Positions 13,671 through 27,557 of a DNA stretch of 64,000 nucleotides are shown one piece after another (position 1 is the first letter of the stretch; the number at the start of each line of letters is the position of its first letter). Both the position numbers and the translations under genes were made by a program. Where the stretch lies: NCBI GenBank assembly GCA_964016885.1, contig OZ024757.1:18104001-18168000 (forward strand), read 5' to 3'. The DNA is from Eledone cirrhosa (Eukaryota). The notes beneath the pieces are model-generated. The model saw nothing but the letters and a program-made list of their open reading frames with translations. It was not told where the DNA came from and made no database searches.

Positions 13671-14654
13671 TTTATACTCCAGTCCTACAAACTGGAGAGT
13701 GCTACTTATCCGATATTTGCATTGCTTTATTGTGCTACAATAAAACTCACCTCCTACAATATATATATACACACACACACACACACATACATACATTTTT
13801 ACATAAATATATACAGGTACATACACACATTTATAACTTTTTACCACTCTCTTTGTCTCCACCCCTCTCGCTATCTATCTACCTCTCTCCCTATCAACTT
13901 ATCACCCTATCTTTCTCTCTGCCTCCATCTATCTCCCCTCATACCTCTCTATCTACCTATCTGTCTGTCTATCTCCTGTTCCCACAACGCCACACATTAT
14001 CACCCTCTTCCTTAGTCATTTGTCTCACTACCCTATCAAACATTCTCTCCCATCTATTATTTTAGTCACCACAGTGAAAATATATTCCCGCGCTTTTTTA
14101 CTTTCATTTTCCCATTACACATTACTCTCTATCTTTCTCTATCTCTCATCTTATTCCATTTAATATACTTTCTACAACTACGTCCTCTATCTTTACACCT
14201 TTCTCCCTGACTCTTGCTCTATCTATCTATCTATCTTTGTATTTTACTCTCTCTCTCTACCCACTACTCATACACAGAGGCATTCAAGTCTCACTCTTTT
14301 CTCCCTTCAATCCTTACATATTTTTTCACTCATTCATTTTGCATTACAAATCTCTCTCTCTCTCCCTCCCTCCCCCCTCCCTCTCTCCCTCTCTCGTTAC
14401 TCCAGAATCTCTAGTATCTGCAGAGTTATCAGAAATCCTATTATTGCCCGGGGAATCTAAATTTGATTATAACGCCAAAAGAAATTAATAATTCAAAAGT
14501 TTGTGTTTGAAAAGATTGGAAATAATTTTAGCGTATTTTCATTTTATTTTATTTTATTTTATTTTATTTTAATTTTATTTTATTTTATTTTATTTTTCAA
14601 ATTCCAGTTAGTTTAGTCTTATATTTATAATAATTATTATGATTGTACACATTG

Positions 14655-14880
14655 TTTTGGCAGCATCGGTAGAGCGTCGCACACCATGCTTTGCAGCATA
14701 GAGTTTCGTCCTTTTATGTTCTGAGTTCCAGTTCCACCGAGGTTTAGCTTTGCCATTCATCCTTACGGGGGTCGATACAAGAAAATACCAGCAACACACT
14801 GGGGTCGATTTAACCGACTTTTCCCTCCCACCAAAATTGTTGTTCTTGTGCCTAATTCAGAAGCCATTATTTTTATTATT
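14655..14880 (+). mobile_element. Diverged SINE family A variant
   Basis: TGGCAGCATCGG A box, GAGTTCCAGTTCC B-box-like word, central domain present. Confidence 0.7.
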
Positions 14881-15251
14881 TTGTCGCGTAGTGTAGATGA
14901 GAAAATGCATCCGAGCATTTAGTCATCTCTCAAGTCAAAACAAAGATCTCAGACAGATAATACATTACTCAATATTTACTATTGTATTTTCATATTAAAC
15001 ACTTTATTTCACATAATTATTTCACATAATATCGAATCTATCAGATTTTGATATCATCTATTTTGAGAACCACAACTGAACATAAACTTGAGCAGCCATT
15101 TATGGCTGGTAAGAACAGAAAGAAGTGAGAGAATTCTGTGCAGATAGGGCCGGTTTAAATGCTAAAGGGTTAAAATGTGCACAGTTCCTATCAAGGCTGA
15201 TATCTGTATGACACCAATCTTGTATGGTATTTCCAACAACTTTATGAAGTA

Positions 15252-15906
15252 CTAGCAGTAAAGCCCAGCGTTGCTCGGGGTCGCTCAGTAGCTGTGTTAA
15301 AGTTACAATGTTAAGTTTCTTTTTTGGCTTAAAGTCTGTCTGCACGACTGTCTGTCTGCACGACTGTCTGTCTGCACGCCTAACGAAATTTACAGATACA
15401 TATATTTTAAATAAACTTATATAATTTTTGCTTTTTTTTACGAAATATTTGCTTGTTTTACGTAGTCTTTAAATAGACTTGTTTTCAAGTAAAAATATTG
15501 TTTTAAAAGGCTTTTAAATGGAAATGAAGCAAAACGGAAGCTTAGTGTTCGAACTGATGAATTTTGCAGGTCAAAATTTTGCTGGCTCGACAACTGTTCG
15601 TGTATTGTGTTAATGTCATTTTAAACGCTGAGAAAGCCAGCGTAATTTTTTTAATTTTTGCACGCAGACGCTCAATGTAAACAGAACAAAGGGAAATAAC
15701 TGATCACTTACGCTCAAAAATCGATACATTATATTCGATTTCGTCAGATAGGGCGGGTCAATTTGAAATATTTTTTTTCCGATGTCTTCGCTAGGGCTCA
15801 ATGTACAAGTATAGCAATTTCGGTGCAATTCCGTGAGAGATTCTAAGAGGAGATGTGTGCCAAAAATCGATAGACAGACAGACAACCTCAGTTTTATATA
15901 TATAGA
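15252..15906 (-). mobile_element. Non-autonomous Helitron
   Basis: Minus strand starts A|TCTATATATATAAAA, has an internal GTCT microsatellite and ends with hairpin CCCGAGCAACGCTGGG then CTAG|T, the canonical Helitron termini at an AT site. Confidence 0.75.
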
Positions 15907-16124
15907 TTGAACTTTCAATGGGATTGACCCTAATACCACGATCATAACTGGTCTTACTGTCATATTACTGCCATCTCCAATTTAAATACGAAGTACTTGG
16001 TGATTTGTTCAACCTCTTTACACGTAGTATTCATTGCTATTGGTGTGGCTGCCTCTATGATCTTATAGCATTTGCTTTTTTTCTAAATGTCCATCGGCAA
16101 TCTTTAAACATTAATACTATTATT

Positions 16125-16820
16125 GGGTGTGGATTGGCAGTATCGGTAGAGAGTCGGACGCCATGCTTTCCAGCATAGTTACGTCCTCCCTTTACAGTCT
16201 GAGTTCAAATCCCGCCGAGGTTAACTTTGCCTTTCATCCTTACGGGGTCGATAAAATAAAGTACCAGTAATGTACTGGGTAATTGATGGCCTTGTGCCAA
16301 AAGTAGAAACAATTATTATTAATGTTATTATTAACTTTATTTTTACACAAAAAACACTCTGTATCGCTCGGTGTCGTCCTTCTTGTCCTCTTTAAGTAAA
16401 CCTCGTGTGGCTAATAAAGAGACCATTGTCGTCATTGATGAATTGGCAGTATCAGTAGAGGGTTGGACGCCATGCTTTCCAGCATAGTTACGTCCCTTTA
16501 CGGTTTGAGTTCAAATCCCGTCGAGGTTAACTTTGCCTTTCATCCTTACGGGGTCGATAGAATACAGTTCCAGTAATGTACTGAGTAATTGCTGGCTTTG
16601 TGCCAAAAGTAGAAACAATTGTTAGGGCGCTGGATTGGCAGTATTGGTAGAGGGTCGAACGCTATACTTTGCAGCAAAGAGTTACGTCCCTTTATGGTCT
16701 GGGTTCAAATCCCGCCGAGGTTAACTTTGCCTTTCATCCTTACGGGGTCGATAAAATAAAGCACCAGTAATGCACTGGGATAATTGCTGGCCTTGTGCCA
16801 AAAGTAGAAACAACTATTAA
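16125..16820 (+). mobile_element. Cluster of three SINE family A copies
   Basis: A box, B box, central domain and GTAGAAACAA end repeated at about 16125, 16440 and 16625. Confidence 0.85.
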
Positions 16821-17052
16821 TCTGAGCATGTGCCTGTTAATCTGAGGAGGAGAACTAAGAGGAGAAACTTGCTCTAGTGATCAAGGTAGTGTGCATATTG
16901 ATATTATATGCAAATATATATACATGTAGATATGATACAACAAATAAAATCGTAGTTGACAATATACGCAGAAACTGAAGAGAGACTGTGTTACACTCTC
17001 TTCTGAAATCAGTAAAGTAATCCAAGATGCATTAAACAAGATGATATTATAT

Positions 17053-17235
17053 GTTGGCAGTATCGGTAGAGGGTCGGACGCCCTGCTTTGACGCATAGAG
17101 TTATGGCCCTTGCCATTCTGAGTTCAAATCCCGCCGAGGTTAACTTTGCCTTTCATCCTTATGGGGTCGATAAAATAAAGTACCAGTAATACACTGGGTA
17201 ATTGCTGCTCTTGTGCCAAAAGTAGAAACAATTAT
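17053..17235 (+). mobile_element. SINE family A copy inserted in an older repeat
   Basis: Full A/B boxes; the empty site is visible in the paralogue at about 18075-18100. Confidence 0.85.
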
Positions 17236-17394
17236 ATATAAACTGCATATAAACTTAAAGGAGGAAATTAGCGACGGAAATATAAACCTTATATAACGAT
17301 GAAAAAATGTGAACGTTTATATAGGAGATGTAAAAAGTGTTATAACGGACATTAACCGGAACTGTTGACATTTGAATATTTAAAGAAATATATA

Positions 17395-17695
17395 CATACA
17401 TACCATTACAAATGCTTAGATATTATAAATGTTACAATATTAAAGAAAATGTAAAGGAAGGGGTGAACAACGGAGCCAACTCCAGAGCAAAAGACAGCAA
17501 CGTCGCGAGTACTGGGCAACCTCTCTAATGATTTTTGAGACAAGCCAGCACACACGCAGCGTTGCCTCGGGTGATGGCGAGGCTGATGCGCTGAAACAGC
17601 CAAGCACCCTCGCGAGATTCGCCAGTTACCTCTATTAGGCGAGCCCCCAGTGAGGAGAGGAATCTCGCAGTCGGCGGCCCGACTCCCGCATCTGT
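17395..17695 (-). mobile_element. CRE-clade (restriction-like endonuclease) non-LTR retrotransposon 3' end
   Basis: Minus frame GVGPPTARFLSSLGARLIEVTGESREGAWLFQRISLAITRGNAACVL matches the QRxSxAIxRGNA C-terminal motif of CRE elements. Confidence 0.7.
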
Positions 17696-18941
17696 TAAAA
17701 AGTAATACTTTATATATAAGAATATTTTTGTTTAATCAAGAGTTACGAAATTTAGTAGATAAATGACATAATATTAATTCTTTATTTATTCAAAGTAATC
17801 CAACTTATTTTACGAATGTGATGAGCAAATATAAAACGGACGCTGTCCCCCACTCCTTCCTATATTATATTATAGACTAGCAGAAAAACCACCCTCTGCT
17901 GGTTTTCTGCTAGAATGAGTAGTGTGTATATTAATATTATACGCTAGTATATATACATGTAGATGTGATACATCAAATAAAATCGTAATTGACAATATAC
18001 ACAGAAATTGAAGAGAATCTGTGTTACACTATCTTATGTAATCAGTAACGTAATCCATGATACATTAAAAAGAAGACGATATTATATATAAACTGCATTA
18101 GGAGAAAATTAGTGACAGAAAATTAGTAAGTTTATTTAAGCGATCGCCACGGGAAGTGTTGGGATTTGAACATTTTAAAGAAGTTAATCTTGAAATAAAT
18201 AATAAAATATATTTAATCAACAGCCACGAAATTTAGTAGATAAATTATGTAATATTTTACTAATGGGATAAAAAAATTATAAACCGTATGTGTTTTTTTG
18301 TGAATATAGTTATAGGTGTGTGAGGGTATGCGTATTTGTGTGTATTTGTGTGTTTATATTTATACACTCTTTATACACTCTTACATATAAATGTATACAT
18401 ATGTATACCAAGATATTGTCTTGGTTATCAATGTTAGTTACAGATAATTTTCTTGAGAGAACAAATTGTAATAAGATAATTATTAAACTAAAACCTTGGT
18501 TATGCATCTGTCAGTTATGAGGGCATAGGGTAGGCTAGTTTTATATAAACATTATTGTTCCTCGTATTTTCCTTATTTATTATGTCAATATATATTTTAT
18601 AATTATTATTTTCTTTATTTCACAGACGTCTGGCTTTATACGGTGTATTTTTTTATTTTATAATATACTTATTTTTCGTCATAATTTTATGTAAAATATA
18701 TATTTTGTAGTATTTACATTAATTGAATAATTCTGCAGAATTTTGACTGTTCACTTAGGGGAGTCTAGTGTATTTAGTGTTGATTAAAAATGAAAGTATC
18801 TCAACTTGTTTGCCTGCTAATTATTTTATCAAATTTTTGTTGTCACAGCTAATTAAATTTATTATCATTACTACTACTACTACTACTACTATTACTATTA
18901 TTATTATAAAATCTGTATATATCTGTACTGTTTATATATAT

Positions 18942-18987
<46 letters not shown>

Positions 18988-19121
18988 CATACATACAGAC
19001 ATCTTCATATATATATACACATATATACATATATATATAAATATACATACATACACATACATGCATATACATACGTATATATATATATATATATATATTC
19101 ATATATATTCATACATACATA

Positions 19122-19350
19122 TGATGGCTGCAAACTCAGCGGAGAGTACTGCAATCGCTTCTCAGAAAATGGTGCACTTTTAGGCTACGGTCAGCCACAG
19201 AAACCTGTAACTTATCGTGAACAAGCAATGCCTGTGCTTTGAAGGTTTTTTAAGCGTGGAAAGGCCTTGCACTCGACCAATCCCACCCTCTGGGCATCGA
19301 AAACACTACCCGAAAAGAGAACTCGTCAACATCACCCGATGCTTCCGAAT
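19122..19350 (-). mobile_element. RTE-related short element fragment (relative of 38826-39435)
   Basis: Shares a GTGGGA(T/C)TGG..GTGCA..GCACAGGCATTGCTT segment and a GCAGCCA 3' end. Confidence 0.55.
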
Positions 19351-19379
19351 GATATATATATATATATTTTTTTTTTTTT

Positions 19380-19571
19380 ATTTTATTTTATAGAAGGAGC
19401 TTCTACAGGACTAGTACTGTTTCATTCAGATGAAATCTTCAGGAAGATTTCATCTGAATGAAACAGTACTAGTCCTGTAGAAGCTCCTTCTATAAAATAA
19501 AAAATGTTTACTCTGCCATGTATTGAGTACCTTACTTACTGCGGTTATCCCCGACTCAACCCGGGACCTAC

Positions 19572-19572
<1 letters not shown>
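19380..19572. mobile_element. Hammerhead-core module (family H2) as a perfect hairpin with arms of about 60 bp, between TA tracts
   Basis: Arms 19380-19440 and 19443-19504; minus strand reads CTGAAGA-TTTC-ATCT-GAAT-GAAAC-AGTACTA-GTC; same family as 57900-58065. Confidence 0.7.
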
Positions 19573-19635
<63 letters not shown>

Positions 19636-19844
19636 AAAATTATAGAGGCTGGATTTTAAAGAATTCCAGTAATAATCAGGAACTGATTATACAGAGCGAT
19701 TGCCGGTCCAGCAAAAATTAAAAATTAGGATTGGTGCTCTGAAATAGCGATGTATACATAAATGTATGTATAGTATATTTGGTAATATACCGTATGTTTA
19801 ATTTAAAACATTTTGAAGACCTTGCGCTATCATTTTAATTGTAG

Positions 19845-21225
19845 AAAACTGCCAGTGTCATTCCTCTATTCAAAAAGGGTGACCTCACATCGCCCGTCAA
19901 CGACGATCGTCCAGCCAGTCTTACTAGCTGCAATGCCAAACTGATGGAATCCTGTGTCAGAGAAACACTCTGGAACTTCTGGAATTCTCACAGCCTTATC
20001 CAGCCCACGCAGTTTGGATTTATCCCTAACTCCAGCTCCTGTGATCAACTTAGCAAGTCTCTTGAAGACATCACCCGGATCACTGATGGCGGCTCATGGG
20101 TGGATGTTGTTTACAATGAATTTGCTAAAGCTTTTAATTCTGTGTCACACAAAAGACCTATGGCAAAACTCTCTGCAATGGGTGTGAAGGTCCCCTTTTG
20201 TTTGTTGCATATATTAATGACATAGATGGCAACTTAAAGAATGCCACAGTACTGAAATATGCAAATGACATCAAGCTGTACCTTGAGATAAAAAGGACAG
20301 ATCCTGAACACTATAGATCTTTCCTGCAATCAAACCTGGACACAATTCAGTAATGGACCATGGACTGGCAACTCAAGCTGGATGCGGACATGTGTATCAC
20401 CATGTATTTTGGGATTAAAAACCCAGCGTCCTCATACTCCCTCCACAACACTAATATCAAGAAGTCTTCTTGTGAACGTGACCTGAGCATTACGGTCAGC
20501 AGTGATTTGTGTTGGACAAAGCACGTCTCTATAATTGTCAAGAAGGCCGAGGGTGTCTTAGCATCACTCAGCAAGACCTTTTTCATCCACTCTCCAACGA
20601 TCTATTTAAAGCTGTACATAGCTATTGTGCGGCCACACTTAGAATTTGCATCACCAGTCTGGAATCCCTATCTTGCTCAAAACATTGATCCCTGGAAACT
20701 TTTCAGAGACGTGCAACCAAGCGAATACCCTCCATAAGGCATCTACCATACTCTGAACACCTTGCTTCCCTGGGCATGGATACAATAAAGCTGCAACACC
20801 TGGCAACTGACTTGGCAAATACCTACGAAATTATTGCCAACAACAACCTTGGGCACCTTTTTGTATTCCATGTGTCTAAGACATGTAGGCATGCCTACAA
20901 AATCAGAAAACAGCAAAGCTCCTATGACATTCGAAAACATTTTTTCATGCTCAGATTTGCTGAAGCATGGAACAAACTACCTGCATCAGTTGTTAGCTGT
21001 CGAGACACTGCATCCTTTAAAACCTCAATGCTTCCTGAAATTCGCCACCACTACACCTGATATTCCCCCTCCATACACATGCACACATGTATATCATGAC
21101 TCATACACTATTCACTTTCCTGACATTTGTCCATTATTCTATGTACTATACATGTACCTTTGATGAGTTGTAGTGCACCTGAGCACTGTACACAATAATT
21201 TCATTATTATTATTATTATTATTAT
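19845..21225 (+). mobile_element. 5'-truncated, internally deleted CR1-group LINE (RT pseudogene plus 3' tail)
   Basis: PLFKKGD..QFGFIPNSS..VDVVYNEFAKAFNSVSH; KYANDIKLY (YADD-like); LYIAIVRPHLEFASPVWNPY; RKHFFMLRFAEAWNKLP; ends in (ATT)n. Confidence 0.9.
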
Positions 21226-21879
21226 ATAAACAAATACGTATGCATAGAAACATACATATTTATATAATATATACATACATACACTGAAACACACCTATAT
21301 ACATACATGCATATATACATACATTTATACACCTATATACATACATTTATACATATATACATACATATGTATATGCATACATACATACATAATACATACA
21401 CATATATACATTTATCCATACATGCCAACATAGATACATTCATCAATACATACGTAAGTAAATACACACATGCATATATCAATACATACATACGTACATA
21501 CATAGATACATGTATATACACATAAATACATAGATGTATATATAAACATACATATATACAAATATGGCCGTCGAAACATCACGAAGCCAAAGTCAGCTTT
21601 TGTAAAAGGCCACCAGAGATATGTTTTGAAGAAATAAAGTGAGGTTTTGAACTTGTTGAATGAAAATAAAGGGATTGCTTTAGAGGGAAACCCTGGCTGG
21701 AGAAGAGGGCCAGCATTTCAAGGAAGGGTAGAGGATCAGTATATTTGGCAACATTTAAAATCCCTTTTGAATATTTAATGATCAATCATCGTTAACATTT
21801 TGTTCCACCAGACAAGCCTCCCGGAAAACAGGGAGGAAATTATATATATATTTCTATGCACTTATATATGCATTTACAA

Positions 21880-21993
21880 TATACACGTATCTATACGCAT
21901 TTATATATAGTTATACACATGATGTGTATACGTGAGTGTGTGTGTGTGTGTGCGTATACATGTATATGTTTATAAATACGTATATATGTATAC

Positions 21994-22046
<53 letters not shown>

Positions 22047-22479
22047 GTGTGTGTATATATATATATATATATGTGTATATATATATATGTGTATATCTAT
22101 ATATGTATGTATACATATGTGTGTATATATATATGTATATATACATATATGTGTATATATATATATATGCGTATATATGTGTATATATATATAAATATGT
22201 GTGTGTATATATATATATATATATATACATATGTGTATATATATATATATGCATACATATATGTATATATATATATACATATATGCATACATATATGTAT
22301 ATATATATATATATATATACATACATATGTGTATATATATATATACATACATATGTGTATATATATATATGCATACATAGGTGTATATCTATATATGTAT
22401 GTAAACATATGTGTATATATATATATATGCATACATGTGTATATATATATATATGTGTGTGTGTATATATATATATATA

Positions 22480-22515
<36 letters not shown>

Positions 22516-22753
22516 CATACATATGTGTATATATATATATGCATACATACATATGTGTATATATATATATATATATGCATATATATATATACACACATAT
22601 GTATGCATATATATATATACACACACATATGTATGCATATATATATATACACATATGTATGTATATATATATATATATATATACATATATGTATGCATAT
22701 ATGTATATATATATATACATATATGTATGCATATATATATATATACACATATG

Positions 22754-22785
<32 letters not shown>

Positions 22786-22869
22786 TATTTATATATATAT
22801 ACACATATATACGCATATATATATATATACACATATATGTATATATACATATATAGATATACACATATG

Positions 22870-22918
<49 letters not shown>

Positions 22919-23240
22919 GTATACATACATATATAGATAGATATACACATATGTATACAAAGATATATTGATATACACATATATATATACACACATATAT
23001 ACATACATATATAGATATACACATATGTATACAAAGATATATAGATATACACATATATATATATATATATATATGCATACATATATGTATATATATATAT
23101 ATATATATATGTGTATATATATATATATATGCATACATATGTGTATATATATGCATACATATATATATATATGTGTATATATATATATGCATACATATGT
23201 GTATATATATGCATACATATGTGTATATATATATGCATAC

Positions 23241-23276
<36 letters not shown>

Positions 23277-23290
23277 GTATATATATATAT

Positions 23291-23370
<80 letters not shown>

Positions 23371-23445
23371 GTATATATATATATGTGTATGTATATGTAT
23401 GTATATATGTATGTGTATGCAAACATATAGATATATATATATATG
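21880..23445. repeat. Long compound (TA)/(TG)/(CA) microsatellite with internal inverted duplication
   Basis: Directly visible. Confidence 0.9.
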
Positions 23446-24189
23446 TAACCTATTCCAGTTCGACGACGTTCTTTTCAATACTATGTGGAATAAGTACATA
23501 TTTTTTCTCAGCAGTACTTAACATGCATTTCATAATAAAATCTACATTCTATGGTAAATGATATTTAATAAATTTCTACAGGGTATAATGGATGTAGCCC
23601 CCCACCATGCTGTTGCCTTTTCGTTTTTATGGCTGTTTTTATCCTGTCATACTAATACACACAAATAAACACACACAATAGAATCAATTGATTTATAAAG
23701 CTGATTGATATGTCTATATGTTTAGAACTTTTTCAATGGAATATTCGAAGCCAATGAGTAAGTAATTATATATGTATATATGCATAAAAGCTTCAATGTA
23801 CCTATTATGTATAAATACCATATATAGAGGGAAATATGCTTATATGTGGTTGTGAAGAGAAGAGTTTATGACCTCCATTCAATGGAAATTACACTCCACC
23901 ACATAGACTTTGCAGCCATAGCATTTCACTATGTCTCACCACTCTCAGGGTAAAGTCCCCGGGGAAAGATATCCAAATGCTACAACACCTAAATTATTCC
24001 CTTTCGTGGAATAACGTTTTTTTTTCTCCTCCTCGTGCTGCAACCAAAATGCCACCACCTGACCCTTGGGTGTCTTTAGAAGATTCCACCGCCAGTTGCA
24101 AACATTTGCAGCAGGTTTCGAATCAGAAATCCAGTCGTGATCAGTCATAAACTATTTAAACGGAACGAGGATTTATTACCCTCTTTCCA

Positions 24190-24896
24190 ATAATTGTTTC
24201 TACTTTAGGCACAAGGCCCGCAATTACCCAGTGCATTACTGGTACTTTATTTTATCGACCCGACCCCGTAAGGATGAAAGGCAAAGTTGACCTCGGCGGG
24301 ATTTGAACTCAGAATATATTTGAACTCAGTACATATATATAACAATTGTTTCTACTTTAGGCACAAGGCCAGCAATTAACCAGTGCATTACTGGTACTTT
24401 ATTTTATCGACCTGACCCCGTAAGGATGAAAGGCAAAGTTGACCTCGGCGGGATTTGAACTCAGAATATATTTGAACTCAGTACATATATATAACAATTG
24501 TTTCTACTTTAGGCACAAGGCCAGCAATTAACCAGTGCATTACTGGTACTTTATTTTATCGACCTGACCCCGTAAGGATGAAAGGCAAAGTTGACCTCGG
24601 CGGGATTTGAACTCGTTATATATATGTACTGAGTTCAAATATATTCTAATTGTTTCTAATTTAGGCACAAGGCCAGCAATTACCCAGTGTATTACTGGTA
24701 CTTTATTTTATCGACCCAGTAAGGATGAAAGGCAAAGTCATCCAATAATTGTTTCTACTTTAGGCACAAGGCCAGCAACTACCCAGTGCCTCACTGGTAC
24801 TTTATTTTATCGACCCCGTAAGGATGAAAGGCAAAGTCAACCTCGGCGGGATTTGAACTCAGATCGTAAAGGGACGTAACTATGCTAGAAAGCATG
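24190..24896 (-). mobile_element. Tandem array of five truncated SINE family A copies (first units about 152 bp)
   Basis: AATTGTTTCTA(C/A)TTTAGGCACAAGG recurs at about 24192, 24344, 24496, 24648 and 24747. Confidence 0.9.
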
Positions 24897-25110
24897 GTCA
24901 TCCAATAATGCTTGCCTCTCAGTGATAACTCATTTACACACAAACTTACAGATTTACATACATATTAATTCATACATACATACAAATATATATACAGACA
25001 CCTCTAAATATATCTATCATATCATGGGTGTACAAGGTCATCGGCGTAACACGACACTATATTGGACTTGATAAAGATATTCATCTCTACTCCACTGATT
25101 AGTAGTATAA

Positions 25111-25176
<66 letters not shown>

Positions 25177-25197
25177 ATATGCAAGAGAGAGGGAGGG

Positions 25198-25241
25198 ATC
25201 GTCCTGACGAGAACCAGCTGCGTTCGAAATGCATCAACGAT
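25198..25241 (+). ncRNA. Minimal type I hammerhead ribozyme
   Basis: ATCGT-C-CTGACGA-GAAC-CAGCTGC-GTTC-GAAA-TGCA-TC-A-ACGAT; palindromic ATGCAT stem III; AUC triplet. Confidence 0.8.
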
Positions 25242-25389
25242 TGTTCCCCTTGCTTCTGCCGAACACCGCTTGGTGGCGTTGGCCGCCAGTGTTATGCATA
25301 GCTATGGCTTTTTAAATCATTATTTATAAACATACCGTATTTTTTCAGAAAAATGAAATTCAAATATCTATACATATATATATATATGT

Positions 25390-25506
25390 ATCGGGTAAGA
25401 TCAATACAGATCGAACCTTGAGCTGATCAGTGGCGAAACGCGCGTCACCAATCATTAAATGTAATGAAGGAGTAACCAATCGTCGTTGTTATCTTTTCAC
25501 TATATA

Positions 25507-25545
<39 letters not shown>

Positions 25546-25652
25546 GGTAAGATCAATACAGATCGAACCTTGAGCTGATCAGTGGCGAAACGCGCGTCAC
25601 CAACCATTAAATGTAATGAAGAAGTAACCAATCGTCGTTGTTATCTTTTCAC
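25390..25652 (+). repeat. Two tandem modules of about 110 bp separated by (TA)n, pLTR-like
   Basis: TCGGGTAAGATCAATAC..GGCGAAACGCGCGTCACC..CTTTTCAC at about 25390 and 25543. Confidence 0.85.
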
Positions 25653-25984
25653 TATATATATATATATATACATCACGCACCTGTTGGTTTTCAATTCAAT
25701 TTATTATAAATTTCAGATAGGTTGGCTGGTTCGATAACCGGATCGTTGTGTATACGTTGTCAAAGCTCTTTCGTCACACATTCTGTGACCTCATCTTGCA
25801 ATATCCGTAGGTGCGAAAGACGAAAGAAAACAGTGCTCAATCAGGAAGAGAGCTGAATCCTTATATTATTTACTTATGTTCAATCACGGAACAAAATTGC
25901 GACCCGATCAGATATGGTCAATACTGACCCTAGAATACATAGGTACCACTTGTGTTAGTTGTATGAACCTGAACAATATATAGG

Positions 25985-26039
<55 letters not shown>

Positions 26040-26092
26040 TAATAATGTTTTCTTTATTAACCACAAGGGTTCACATAAAGTAGACAAACAAT

Positions 26093-26132
<40 letters not shown>

Positions 26133-26463
26133 CTAAAAGTATGTGATTGCTTGCTTGCTTGACTGTAATGTAATACAGCCAAAATGGCGCATTATGGGAA
26201 AATACTTTGAAAGGAACTTGACCCTGAAATGCGAATACAAATAGAATAAAACAAGTTTCGTGTAAATCGGATCACAGGTTACCTACATATGGGATTTTTG
26301 CTGGCACCTTCATAAACAGAGAGAGAGAGAGAGAGAAGGATACAGAGGAAGGGATAGTAGTTGTGAGAGAGAAGATTTAAAGAGAGACATAGAGAGGGGG
26401 AGAAGAGACAGAGAAGGAGAATGGAAGACAGAGAGAGAGCTGGTCGGTGTTGCTGTGTATATA

Positions 26464-26537
<74 letters not shown>

Positions 26538-26614
26538 TGCGTATGCATCAACAATACGGCGGAAGCTCTATTTCACTATCTAATACACACACACACACAA
26601 CATACATACATACA

Positions 26615-26643
<29 letters not shown>

Positions 26644-26645
<2 letters not shown>

Positions 26646-27185
26646 GATATGGGACAGGGAGAAGAAAACATGCACAGTGGTGGAAATTAGCTGCCCAGCA
26701 GATGCCACTATAATATCAAAGATTAGTGAAAAGGAGAATATTTATGCAGAACTGATGAGAAATCTGCAGATGCTCCACCCTGATTACACCTTCAGATTTA
26801 TGCCTGTGATTATTGGGACACTGCGATATGTTAGTAACTGCCTCAATACAAATCTTGAGAAGCTAGGCTTCACAGGAACAGAAAGAACACAACTAGTTAG
26901 GAAACTACAAGTACAATCCATTAATGGAACAGTAAAGATATGTAAAACATTCAAAAAATGTTGCATCTAATAACTGCATATACACATGTACAGATACAAA
27001 GCATATACACATGCACACATACAACTCAAAACATACATATCCACACATACAATAACATCCATATCTACACATGCATGCAGGCATACATATCTACCTAGTT
27101 GATGTTGTGTAAATAGTCTTGTGTCTATGTTAGAAACCGACTCTCTCTCTATTGGTAAAACTTTGTGAAATTATAAAACCAGAAG

Positions 27186-27189
<4 letters not shown>
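26644..27189 (+). mobile_element. R4/Dong-like RLE non-LTR retrotransposon 3' end inserted in (CATA)n
   Basis: IWDREKKTCTVVEISCP..KISEKENIY..MPVIIGTL restriction-like endonuclease motif, followed by a 3' UTR; CATA repeats on both sides. Confidence 0.8.
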
Positions 27190-27266
<77 letters not shown>

Positions 27267-27277
27267 ATATATATATG

Positions 27278-27310
<33 letters not shown>

Positions 27311-27325
27311 GTGTATATATATATG

Positions 27326-27358
<33 letters not shown>

Positions 27359-27373
27359 GTGTATATATATATG

Positions 27374-27486
<113 letters not shown>

Positions 27487-27557
27487 CGAAGGAAATGTGG
27501 TAAGGAACCAGGTGGACCATAACGCACCAAAGTACTCAATACTTGAGGTAGTAGAGT

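Noticed and set aside
21891-23561. Many long YI/CV/HT-rich ORFs here and elsewhere (7.4-9.9, 27, 33-34, 45, 53, 61-63 kb)
   Set aside because: Stop-free dinucleotide repeats open in several frames at once
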